Below are positions 1-17,845 of a stretch of DNA of 64,000 nucleotides, piece after piece (the stretch's first letter is position 1; each line of letters starts with the position of its first letter). Below the pieces are notes generated by a model. That model had not been told where the DNA came from and ran no database searches. It saw only the letters and a list, made by a program, of their open reading frames with translations. Position numbers and translations under genes: made by a program. The DNA comes from Lepidodermella squamata (Eukaryota > Animalia > Gastrotricha), in assembly GCA_047495785.1 (NCBI GenBank), contig JBLDXI010000024.1:3162001-3226000 (forward strand), given 5' to 3'.

Positions 1-2
1 TC

Positions 3-1010
3 ATCTCATCTATCCTGGTTGTCTTCAAAGTAGTTGGTTCAGCAGTCAGTTGGTACCTCTATATCACATCGAGAAATTCAAATTTGATAAGCGGTACATA
101 CGAATTGATAATAATCAAGATTGTAGCGATGATTGGAACAATTTTCCTCGATATCTCAGCGGTTCTTTTTGCGATGGATATCGAAAGGAACTTTGGCTTG
201 AACTTCATCTGTTCTATACGGATTTTCCTTCTCGTATCCGGCCTGTCTTTAATCCACGCAACGATTGTGGCTAGGTCTTACGCAATGAGAATTTACATGT
301 ACAGATGCAGGCCTGACTTATTTGCCCCGTCACTAAGGGCTAGCACTGTTTCATTTCACAACAGAAGGACGACAAGGGTTGCACCGGGTTACAGAGTTAC
401 TTTGGAGAGGTTTACATGGTGGCGATTGTCGAAAGGCCCGACCACAGTGACCATAAGCTTGACAACAGACGAGCCGCTGCCAGTTTTCAACTACTACCGG
501 TCAATATTGAAGTTCATCGCTGGCTTCATAGTTGTGAACTTGATCTGCCTTTTTTTCATCTTCACGCCGCCTGTTGGACCTGGCTACCCCACCATTCAAT
601 TGAAAAAGGCATTCCCGGAACCGACATATGATCCTGACCTTGATGAATATATCGACCTGCACTACGTTTCTTGTACGACAAGCAGTGCAAGCAATGTTGA
701 TACCGGATACGGCGTGTTATTCGCCATTCACCTTCTCATGCTGTTCTACGCCTGCTTTCGCGCCTATGAAATGCGCAATGTTGATAGCAATGCGCATGAC
801 GCGGTGCTGAAGGACGTGCCCTTCTATCGGGTGGCTAGTTGGAACGCAGCAACTCTGCTCGCCGCCTACGTCTGCGTGCTTCTTGTCCTGGGTTCGCGGC
901 CCCCTTATTTCGAGAGCTTGTTCATCGTCGCTGCTTTACTTCTTGAATCAATAACTGCCTTCCTCACAACGATCGCTTTTCCTAACTTGGCACAACTGAA
1001 ACTAATTTGA
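3..1010 (+). CDS. Class C (GABA-B-like) GPCR paralogue 1, 7TM portion only; 5' end lies outside the window
   Basis: Frame is open from base 3 (ISSILVVFKVVGSAVSWYLYITSRNSNL...) to TGA 1008-1010. It is colinear and highly similar to the C-terminal halves of the 2522 and 6396 ORFs. Intronless. Confidence 0.85.
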   Translation: MSSILVVFKVVGSAVSWYLYITSRNSNLISGTYELIIIKIVAMIGTIFLDISAVLFAMDIERNFGLNFICSIRIFLLVSGLSLIHATIVARSYAMRIYMYRCRPDLFAPSLRASTVSFHNRRTTRVAPGYRVTLERFTWWRLSKGPTTVTISLTTDEPLPVFNYYRSILKFIAGFIVVNLICLFFIFTPPVGPGYPTIQLKKAFPEPTYDPDLDEYIDLHYVSCTTSSASNVDTGYGVLFAIHLLMLFYACFRAYEMRNVDSNAHDAVLKDVPFYRVASWNAATLLAAYVCVLLVLGSRPPYFESLFIVAALLLESITAFLTTIAFPNLAQLKLI

Positions 1011-2521
1011 CACTAAACAAATCAACTAATTCTCGGTTCAAAACTAAAATTGTTCACTGATCATTTTTGTTTTTAGGAAACCTTGCCCTGTTGTATCGCG
1101 TAATTATGATGTAGCCACGTATTACGAATATTAAAAATGTTGACATCCACCACAGATGACTCGCTAGCTCGAATCTGAACTATAACATGCTCATTGCTCA
1201 TATAAAATTTCTTTTTCGATGCTCAGGTAGGCACAATATGCACCACCAACACAATTAATAGAATCCTCGAACTGGAGTTTTCTGAATATTTCCCCTGGAT
1301 TTTTGAAATAACATAATTTTTTTAAATAATTTTGAATAATTTTTGAATAATAATCTGGATGGGTGACCCGGAAAGCGAAGACAACGAGAAAGCGTAAAGC
1401 AAGCCTTGCCATATGATATTTCGAAGCTATAAATGAATGGCGGTATCACAAATCGTTCACCATTAGGCATTAGGCATTTCCAACTTGTTATCTATATGTT
1501 ATCTGATTTTATCTTTCGATGAATTGAGGGTTGTGTAAGACATCCACCCAAGGACATGCATTCGACCCTAAAAATATCCGAGTACGTGATTCCAAATTGT
1601 GGTCTGGTGCTTCAAATACGTGCAATTGCTTTTTCATCAAATCACGATCTTCATGCTAATCAATTTCTGCCTACTCATCATCATCTTCAATAAAATGATG
1701 AACGTCTGATCTGAACCTTTCAAGAGAATGAAAAAACTCAGTCTCTAATTGAAAAGTCATTAAAACGGACTTAAATACTGATCCAGAGGTGATGTTATGT
1801 TGAAAGGAAGGTTTCTAGTTACACATACACGTTTGATGAAATACAACCTAAAATATAAAAGGTAGCGAGATGTAAATTCCTTGGCATTTCCGATGGTATC
1901 AGTCATCAATCGCATGATACAGCGAGTGGGAAAACAAAAGGGTGGTCGCGGTGATCGTTCCCTAGCCTGAAGGAGGATCTTCAGGGAGGCGAATCTTCGG
2001 GAAGCACATATGCTATTTTCGAAAAAGCTATTCTACTAAAATGTTACCGGTCAAGCTAGTAATCAAGCTGAACAGATCGGCACTCGTAACTCATAAGCCA
2101 TGAAGAAGTCCTAATGTCATCTATTTATGTTGCTGCCATTCCCAAATGCAAATAAATGTGGAGATCTTTTACTATTACTCTAGCTCTGTTTCTAGAAGCT
2201 GGGAAACTTAAAAATTTGGCTTACACAGATTCTGGTTTTGATGAAATTAAGCCCATTTTCAGTTTTGAAAAAGCTGATAGAAAAAAGGAATTCCAACTAC
2301 TGCGTAGCAACAAGGTCATTAAGATCGCATGTGCCCATCACATGATTACCATCCTTCAATTTAATTTCCAACTACGATTTGCGAATTTTAAATAGCATTT
2401 TCACTAGTTTTAGACCGAACCATACCGCACTCATTATAATTAGTTTTATCGAATGCCCACGCAAAAACGATTTCGCATTTTCACCCCTTACTTCCATCGA
2501 ATTTTCAAACACTGCTTTATA

Positions 2522-4984
2522 ATGAATACTTTGCAGCTAATTTATGCTATACTGCTGTGCCTTCCACTCTCCACGGCTAGAAAAAGGTACCAAATCTCCA
2601 TTCTATCTCTGATTGGTAAAACAGGAAGCGAGCCGAGAGACGGTCGAGTTTGTCAACTGGCTCAGCAGTTTGTCTTCGATCAAATCAACAACAGGAGCGA
2701 CATTTTACCCGACTATCATCTCGAGGCAGATTTCCAAGACGACGGCCCAGCTAGTTCTTTCGCCTTGAGAAATGCTGCGCCCTATTTCCGCAGATTCGAA
2801 AATCAATATGGCTCTATCATTCCGTCTCCAATCGTCATGGGTACGTCTTTCACCCCTGGTTGCAAAGCCCTTGGAACAACTATTCAATATTTCAATCGAG
2901 TTTTGATAACAACAACATGCATCGGGCCAATTTATACCGAAAACCGGCGTGTCTTTCCTAACCTCTATCGAACCCGTCAATCGGCCGAGATGAACACCTA
3001 TGCCCATTTGGGTTTCATCCGGCAAGTTGGAAATTGGTCGAAAATTGGTATCTATGCTAACTCCGCAAATTCTTACAACGTTGATATAGCTCTCCATATC
3101 TTTGCCGCAGCAAAAAAGTATAAAATCGCAGTTACATACTTCGACATCGCCACCGGTTACCCAGAATATGTTGCTGATGCTATGCTATCAAGCGGAACTA
3201 GGATTTTTGTGATTCAAACTGTAGAAACGCCGGTATACCTCAGCTTCCTATGTCTGACACTCGTGAAAGGCCTTACTGGGCCGAAATACATATTCACAAT
3301 ACCTTCGGGCTTGATTGTGGACCCGAAAACATTCCCTGCTAACGTCTCAATCGGGGACAATCGCTTTTGCACGAGATCACAGCTTTTGGAACAACTGACT
3401 TACTGCATTTACGCTGGAATCACCGGACCAGCTTTGGAAAATAATGGGAATGTAACCTTGCTCGGATATGATAAGCCCGAATTCGAAGCTAGATTTGTAT
3501 CTTATTCGAAAATTAGCAATGGTTTCGACTTTGAGGACCGGCATCAGTGTCACGACAGGGCTTTGCAAGCTGCCTTAATATTAGATAGGTCAGAACAGAT
3601 TTTGAAGAGCGATTTCAAGATGACGTTGAAGGACTATCCGAGGAACTCTTCGTTCGTTATGGATGTTGTAAATAGCACTGTCTCAAAGGTATCCTTCGTT
3701 GGGCTGAGAATTGGCCTGCAAAAGTACTCGAAACGGTTGGAAATCGATGAGGAGCCGATTTATTACCACTCATACCAAGAAGAGGATGGGTTAAAACTCC
3801 GCTACAGGGCTTTCAGGCCGTCAAATTCCAGTTTCGACAACCCTGACTCGTATTCTTATATTAAAGTTTCGGAAATCAAATGGAAGACCTGGGATAAGCA
3901 GCCCCCTCTTGATTCGGCCAAACATGGGCAAACTATTGAAGCCGCACCTGACGGAACAACTTTAACGGTCCTAATCATATCTTCAATTCTGACTGTCGTC
4001 AAAGTTGTTGGTTCTGCAATTTGTTGGTACTTCTATATCACATCAAGGAATTCAAATTTGATAACCGGTGATCCCGAATTAATTGTAATTAAGATTGTAG
4101 CGATGATAGGGACGATTTTGCTCGACATCTCAGCGGTTCTTTTTGCGATTGATATCGATAAGAATTTCGGTTTTAACTTCATTTGTTCAATCAGGATTTT
4201 CCTCCTAGTTTCCGGTCTATCTCTAATCCATGCAACGATTGTGGCTAGGTCTTACGTAATGAGAATTTACATGTACAGATACAGGCCTGACTTGTGTGGT
4301 CCTTCACTACGAGCAAAAAGTGTTTCATTCCACAACAGACGGACGGCAAAGGTCACCCCGGGCTATAGAATTACTTCTGAGAGATTTACATGGTGGCGAT
4401 TGTCAAACGGCCTGACCACAGTTACAACCAGTTTGACCACAGACGAACCATTGCCAGTGTTCAACTACTACCGGTCAATATTAAAATTCATCCTTGCTTT
4501 TTTGGCTGGCAACTTGATTTGCCTCATCCTTATCTTCACGCCGCCTATTGGACCTGGTTACCCGACTATTCAATTGAAAAAGGCATTCCCGGAACCGACA
4601 TATGATCCTAACCTTGATGAATATATCGACCTGCACTACGTTTCTTGTATGACGAATAGTACAAGTAACATTGATACCGGATACGGTGTGTTATTCGCCA
4701 TTCACCTCCTCATGCTGTTCTACGCCTGCTTTCGCGCCTATGAGATGCGGAATGTTGATAGCAATGCGCATGACGCGGTGCTGAAGGACGTGCCCTTCTA
4801 TCGGGTGGCTAGTTTGAACGCCGCAACACTGCTCGCCGCCTACATCTGCGTGCTCCTTATCCTAGGTTCGCGGCCCCCTTATTTCAAGAGCTTGTTCATC
4901 GTCGCTGCTTTGCTTCTAGAATCGATAACTGCATTCCTAACCACAGTCGCGTTACCTAACTTGGCACAACTAAAGCCAATTTGA
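2522..4984 (+). CDS. Class C (GABA-B-like) GPCR paralogue 2: signal peptide, Venus-flytrap domain, 7TM
   Basis: Intronless ORF. Start placed at ATG 2522 (MNTLQLIYAILLCLPLSTA, signal-like and aligned with the paralogue 3 start). INNRSDILPDYHL resembles the GABA-B VFT motif. Seven hydrophobic segments, Cys at the top of TM3 and in ECL2, no cysteine-rich domain, almost no C-tail. Confidence 0.85.
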   Translation: MNTLQLIYAILLCLPLSTARKRYQISILSLIGKTGSEPRDGRVCQLAQQFVFDQINNRSDILPDYHLEADFQDDGPASSFALRNAAPYFRRFENQYGSIIPSPIVMGTSFTPGCKALGTTIQYFNRVLITTTCIGPIYTENRRVFPNLYRTRQSAEMNTYAHLGFIRQVGNWSKIGIYANSANSYNVDIALHIFAAAKKYKIAVTYFDIATGYPEYVADAMLSSGTRIFVIQTVETPVYLSFLCLTLVKGLTGPKYIFTIPSGLIVDPKTFPANVSIGDNRFCTRSQLLEQLTYCIYAGITGPALENNGNVTLLGYDKPEFEARFVSYSKISNGFDFEDRHQCHDRALQAALILDRSEQILKSDFKMTLKDYPRNSSFVMDVVNSTVSKVSFVGLRIGLQKYSKRLEIDEEPIYYHSYQEEDGLKLRYRAFRPSNSSFDNPDSYSYIKVSEIKWKTWDKQPPLDSAKHGQTIEAAPDGTTLTVLIISSILTVVKVVGSAICWYFYITSRNSNLITGDPELIVIKIVAMIGTILLDISAVLFAIDIDKNFGFNFICSIRIFLLVSGLSLIHATIVARSYVMRIYMYRYRPDLCGPSLRAKSVSFHNRRTAKVTPGYRITSERFTWWRLSNGLTTVTTSLTTDEPLPVFNYYRSILKFILAFLAGNLICLILIFTPPIGPGYPTIQLKKAFPEPTYDPNLDEYIDLHYVSCMTNSTSNIDTGYGVLFAIHLLMLFYACFRAYEMRNVDSNAHDAVLKDVPFYRVASLNAATLLAAYICVLLILGSRPPYFKSLFIVAALLLESITAFLTTVALPNLAQLKPI

Positions 4985-6395
4985 TGCAGCGCAATGTTGA
5001 CCACCTGCCAGATATCTCTTAGAGGATCCATTTTTATGACTCGCAAACGCGAATACTTGTAGTCGTTTCGTTTTATATTTCTGGTGAAGTAATCATTCAG
5101 CCCTGTACTTATATTAATGATGTGGAAATAAACAGCGATTGCGGCATTAAGTAAAATAGATACATCCGTGCAAAACACGGACAGTTTCCGGCTCGCCGGT
5201 GTTTCCACCACGCGCGAACTCATTTTGGGTGTCGCGTTTCACGCCTAAATGCACCTCGTTCGATGACGTCTCGGCTGTTTCACGAACGAGTTGAACGAGG
5301 GCATAGATATACGGATATCGGCAAGCACTAGCAAAGCCATTTTGTTGCGCAGGAGGACATTGAAAAGAACGTAGAGCTTTTTTCGCGGTATTCGGCAACT
5401 AGATCAACCGTTTGAATGTTACCCCAGACGGCCTTAAGTTTGAATAGTGAAATCCGCATCTAAATTGCAACAATTAAAATTGAAATGATTCCAGAAAGCT
5501 GTAGCGTTGAATTTTGTAAGCATCTTACGGCTGTCAATGGTCAATGGCTTCCTGGAATCCTGAACGTCCAGTTTATCCAGGCAGTCCTGCATCTTTGACT
5601 CGAGATCGCGGCACAGTGGGCTCAGAGGTTCGTCGACAGAGCGATTTCATGCAGATATAGTAATGCTGAAGAAAAGCCTCCCAATCGGCTTCTACGAATC
5701 CGAGATCAAGCTTCCGTTTGCTTGCATAGAAGAATCCGTCTAGCGTTTCTGCTGGTATTTCCGCTATCGTCTCTATAACTAAACTCTATATCGACGCGAT
5801 GAAGGAAAGATGCTTTCGTATGGGAGCGTTTTGAAAGGATAAATGAGCTTAGGCCGTATGATAGTAAATAAATGATAGTAATAAGATGTTGTTGAAGTTG
5901 TGTTATCGAGATTACACCGACACGGCTGTTCGTTCTTTCTAACCCCGCATCTCTGGACCCAAATGCCACTGTAGAGCAAACAGGACCTGACACCATCGCC
6001 AGCCCACGGAGCAAACGAATCCGCCGACTCTACGCCATCACCCGTCCGACTCTTTCAGATTCAAAACCTTGTCTTATTACGCAATTTGTTTCTATTTCCG
6101 GTACCTATACTGTTATGTCGAGCAATTCGCGATAGAAGGCCAATGTCTCAGCTTTCAGCCGAATTACAAATGTCAATTTTCAATATTATAAGCTTTGCAT
6201 GACATTCTTTGATGACCTGGTGATGGCGTTGTTACTAGACAGCAACTTACTGAAATGCAATCCACCGTAAAGGTGCCAGAGCACGTGATTCTATACCGCA
6301 CTGCGGCACTCACAGTAATTAGCTCTTATCGAATGCCCTAGCTGCTTTAGCTGCCGACTCATTACTTTCAGCGACATTTCCAACATTTCTCAGTA

Positions 6396-8867
6396 ATGAT
6401 TACTCTGCAGCTGATTTCTTCTTTATTGCTATACCTTCCACTCTCTACGGCAAAGAAAAGATACCAAATCTCCATTCTATCGCTGATCGGCAAAACAGGG
6501 AATGAGCCGAGAGACGGCCGAGTTTGTCAGCTGGCTCAGCAGTTTGTCTTTGATCAAATCAACAACAGGAGCGACATTTTACCCGACTATCATCTCGAGG
6601 CAGATTTCCAAGACGAAGGTCCGACCAGTTCATTCGCCTTAAGAAATGCTGCGCCATATTTTCGCCGATTCGAAAACCAATCTGGCTCTATTTATCCGAC
6701 TCCAATCGTTTTAGGCACAACGTTCACTCCTGGTTGCAAAGCCCTCGGAACATCTATCCATTATTTCAATCGAGTTTTAATAGCCACAGCTTGCATCGGA
6801 CCAATTTATACTGAAAATCGGTGTGTTTTTCCTAACCTCTACCGAACCCGTCAGTCCGCCGAGATGGCCACATATGCCCATTTAGGTTTTCTGCGGAAAG
6901 TCGGAAATTGGTCGAAAATCGGGATCTATGCTAATTCTGGTAATTCTTTCAACGTTGATCTAGCTCTCCATCTTTTGAGCGCGGTGAAAAAGCAGGAAAT
7001 TACGGTGGCATACTTTGACATCGCCCCAGGTTACCCGGATTATGTTGCTGAAGCCATGTTGTCAAGTGATACCAGGATATTTTTTATTCAAATGGCGGAA
7101 ATGCCGGTGTATCTCAGCTTTCTTTGTATGACTTACGTGAAAGGCCTCACTGGGCCAAGATACGTCTTCTTCATACCTTTAGGCTTGCTCGTGGACCCGA
7201 AATCACTGCCAGCCATTGTATCAATCGGAGACAATCGCTTTTGTACGAGATCACAAATTTTAGAACAGCTCAAGCGCTGCTTTATCGCTGGAATCACCGG
7301 ATCAGCTTTGGAAAATAACGGGAAAGTAACGTTGCTTGGTTATGATAAACCAGAATTCGAGGAGAACTTTCTCATTTACTCGAAAATAAGCAGTGGTTTC
7401 GACTTTGAGGACCGACATAATTGCCACGACAGGGCTCTGCAGTCAGCTTTGATCCTAGACAGATCAGAACGGATTCTGAAGAGTGATTTCAACATGTCTT
7501 TGAGAGACTATGAGAAGGACCCTTCGTTCGTCTTTGATGTGGTCAATAGCACTGTTTCAAAGTTATCCTTTGTTGGATTAAGAGCTGGCATGCAAAAGTA
7601 CTCGAAACGGTTGGAAATCGATGATGAGCCGATTTTCTATCTGTCTTACCAAGAAGAGGATGGGCTAAAACTTCGCTACAAAGCTTTCAGGCCGGCAAAC
7701 TCAAGTTTCGACAACCCTGACTCGTATTCTTATATTAAAGTTTCGGATATGAAATGGAAGACTTGGGATAAGCTTCCACCTCTTGACTCGGCCCGATATA
7801 GGAATACCATTGAAAGCGCACCTGACGGAACGACTTCAACCGTCCTAATCCTGTCATCCATTCTGGCTGTCGTCAAAGTAGTTGGTTCTTCAGTCAGTTG
7901 GTACTTCTATATCACTTCAAGGAATTCGAATTTGACAGGCGGTAACTACGAATTGATTGCAATCAAGATTGTAGCGATGATAGGGACGATTCTTCTCGAC
8001 ATTTCAGCGGTTCTTTATGCGATGGATATTGAAAATAATCTCAGTTCGAACTTTATCTGCACAATTAGGATTTTCCTTCTCGTATCTGGTCTATCTGTAA
8101 TCCATGCAACGATTGTCGCTCGATCTTACACGATGCGAATTTACGTGTACAGATGCAGGCCGGACTTGTCTGCCGCTTCACTAGGGGCTAGCACAGTTTC
8201 ATTCCATAACATAAGGACGGCCAGGGTCGCCCCTGGTTACAGCAAAACTTTGGAGAGATTCACATGGTGGAGGTTGCGAAAAGGCCCGACGACAGTGATG
8301 ACAAGTTTGACAACAGATGAACCGCTGCCAGTGTCGCTGCCAGTGAAGAACTACTACCGGTCAATTTTGATGTTCATCCTTGGTTTTGTGATTGTTAACT
8401 TGATTTGCCTTTTAATCATCTTCACGCCTCCTGTTGGATCTGGTTACCCGACAATTCAATTGAAAAAGGCATTCCCGGAACCGACATATGATCCTGACAT
8501 TGATGAATATATCGACCTGCACTACGTTTCTTGCATGACAAGTAGTACAAGCAACATTGATACCGGATACGGCGTGTTATTCGCCATTCACCTCCTCATG
8601 CTGTTCTACGCCTGCTTTCGCGCCTATGAGATGCGGAATGTTGATAGCAATGCGCATGATGCTTTGAAGGACGTGCCCTTCTATCGGGTGGCTAGTTTGA
8701 ATGCCGCAACGTTGCTCGCCGCCTACGTCTGCGTGCTCCTTATCCTTGGTTCGCGGCCTCCTTATTACGAGAGTTTGTTCATCGTCGCTGCTTTGCTTCT
8801 TGAATCGATAACTGCGTTCTTGACAACGGTCGCTTTGCCCAACTTGGCACAACTGAAGCTTATTTGA
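6396..8867 (+). CDS. Class C (GABA-B-like) GPCR paralogue 3
   Basis: 823-aa intronless ORF, colinear with paralogue 2 over its full length. Confidence 0.85.
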   Translation: MITLQLISSLLLYLPLSTAKKRYQISILSLIGKTGNEPRDGRVCQLAQQFVFDQINNRSDILPDYHLEADFQDEGPTSSFALRNAAPYFRRFENQSGSIYPTPIVLGTTFTPGCKALGTSIHYFNRVLIATACIGPIYTENRCVFPNLYRTRQSAEMATYAHLGFLRKVGNWSKIGIYANSGNSFNVDLALHLLSAVKKQEITVAYFDIAPGYPDYVAEAMLSSDTRIFFIQMAEMPVYLSFLCMTYVKGLTGPRYVFFIPLGLLVDPKSLPAIVSIGDNRFCTRSQILEQLKRCFIAGITGSALENNGKVTLLGYDKPEFEENFLIYSKISSGFDFEDRHNCHDRALQSALILDRSERILKSDFNMSLRDYEKDPSFVFDVVNSTVSKLSFVGLRAGMQKYSKRLEIDDEPIFYLSYQEEDGLKLRYKAFRPANSSFDNPDSYSYIKVSDMKWKTWDKLPPLDSARYRNTIESAPDGTTSTVLILSSILAVVKVVGSSVSWYFYITSRNSNLTGGNYELIAIKIVAMIGTILLDISAVLYAMDIENNLSSNFICTIRIFLLVSGLSVIHATIVARSYTMRIYVYRCRPDLSAASLGASTVSFHNIRTARVAPGYSKTLERFTWWRLRKGPTTVMTSLTTDEPLPVSLPVKNYYRSILMFILGFVIVNLICLLIIFTPPVGSGYPTIQLKKAFPEPTYDPDIDEYIDLHYVSCMTSSTSNIDTGYGVLFAIHLLMLFYACFRAYEMRNVDSNAHDALKDVPFYRVASLNAATLLAAYVCVLLILGSRPPYYESLFIVAALLLESITAFLTTVALPNLAQLKLI

Positions 8868-10472
8868 TACAGCACCTGCAACCTGTTGATAATCCAAGCT
8901 TTATGACTTTTATGGTTCTAAACGCGTATTACTAGGCAAAGTATTTAATTTCTGCATCCGTGTAATCATTGATGAGGACATGAACAGAGGTTTCTCGTTA
9001 GTGATGTGAATTATTCGGCTCATTATTATTATTCGGTGACTCATCAACCAATTTATTTTTTCACCGAAAAAAATTGTAAAAAGGAGTTCACGAAAAGCAG
9101 AAAAATTGTGTGGTTTTGATGTCTTTTTCATGAAAGTGAAATAGGAGTCGAGCGTTATATGGAAATGGGGCTAATAACCATCAAGATTTCTGAGTAAATA
9201 AGATTTGAAGTTAACTGGCGAAGAACACCCAGATCTTGCCTGTAAAAACAGTGTGGACATCCGGAGCTTTGTCTATTCTTGTACGAGATTCAGATTAAAA
9301 TATTTCGGTTCTACTTTCGATTTGGATTTCCACTTTTTGCCTTCGGCCTGTGACACTTGCTTCTAGGCTTACGCGGCATTAATCGAAATATTCTAAACAA
9401 AATTCAAACGATTCAGAAATATGGCGTTTATAGTGTACAATTTGAAAATTTTAGCTACTAAAAGAGACAATAAATAATAAAAGAGCGCAAAAAATTATTT
9501 ATATATTTGTTATAGCTATCGGCTATCAAAATCCTCATATAATTGAGGGAAATGTAAAATTCAGTCATTTTGGAAAAAAAATGGGAATTGAGCCTTAAAT
9601 TTAGTGCTAACCCTTTAAAATTCAGGTGGGCAATCGACACGAATTTAAATTGTTTTAGATGTTGAATTCTTTCAGTAAATATTTTCAATTGTTTTTTTCG
9701 CAGGATTTTTTTCATTTGTTACAAATTTGCCTAGCGATTTATGTCTTGATCTCACAAGTACTGCAGTAGCGTGTCGTTTCTTCATTTTTCAGATTGTTCG
9801 CATTCAACCAATTCAACCAATAAAAGGTTAATTATTGTATCTGATAAGCAGTAAACAAGGAGCGCAGCTTGATTCGATTTCACATGGCGTCGAATTGCCT
9901 ATCATTGCCGACGCGCTCCTCCGCCAAGAAATCACAGGAAACAAGTGAAGAATAGCCGGGCAGCGTCGGCCGGAGACGGGCGCGCGCATACTATCGCTGC
10001 GATGCTATTGTCCGCGAAGATACATGATAATAATAAACATTGATTGACCAAGTACGCGTGCGCGCTTTTTATTGCTTCGTTAACTCGCGCGCAATTTAAT
10101 CATCGCGATCAATTCTTCACTTTTTTTCTGCCTCCATGAGACACTATAATATTTGAACCAACCAGCGTATTATAAGGAATTGCACGCCACTTCACATAAA
10201 TCGAGTGCTGCTTCTTTTTATACAACGCTTAACATTTGTAAATATATAATAGGAACGACGCAGTAAGAGTACGCGCGTTTCGAGAAATGAATTTACTACT
10301 ACTTGATGGCTGACAGCGCAGCGCGGCAAATTGACTATGAAACCGCGGGCAGTCAGTCGCCAATTTAGCCGCTCCGCCGCCAGGGCATCGCAGATACACA
10401 CGACGGCGCTTTACGCATCATTCGCGTGACCCTGATTCGCATGTTTTATTGACGTGCGCGTCGCTGCAAAAA

Positions 10473-17316
<6,844 letters not shown>

Positions 17317-17845
17317 AAGAGTCATACCAATGTTCTTTAGATTCGCGTTACAACATTGTTCAGTTTCGTATGATAGTCGAATAAAATATTGTTTCGAAAG
17401 AGGGTTGACCTGTTTTTGAGCTGCCTCGTTCCCATTTAGTGCAGCAAGCCTTATAAGTCGATCTAGCACTTTGCCGCCTCGGGCCGCAAGGTGTGACAAG
17501 TTGTAAGCGCGGCTCGGTACAAAGGGATCGATTATTTAAGCGCGCGCGCGGCATTCATCATTCATCTCCGGTCCGATTTTTTTCCTACAGCAAACACACT
17601 GCATATGCATACATGTAGTATGTATATGAATGCATGAATACACACAGGCAGTAGTAATAATCGTCTGAACTTTTTTGCCGGTCTCACCGTGTGCGACTCA
17701 TAGAGGTTCTATTCACTGCATCAAATCAATTTGGCGGCTATTCGCCTGAACATGATAGGCCCACGAATAAATTCGTAATAATGTAGCTTTTAGTTGTTCT
17801 ATTTCTCTTTGGGACTAGGTTTTTGAATGACCGAGATTTTCAACT

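Noticed and set aside
1011-2400. Short ORFs in intergenic DNA (also 5000-6300, 8900-10400, 42234-42560, 43919-44272) and antisense ORFs over real genes
   Set aside because: No motifs, often non-ATG starts; consistent with chance.
2453-2521. Longer N-terminus of GPCR 2 from the ORF track
   Set aside because: The paralogue start and signal peptide align with ATG 2522, and the extension overlaps the conserved upstream motif.
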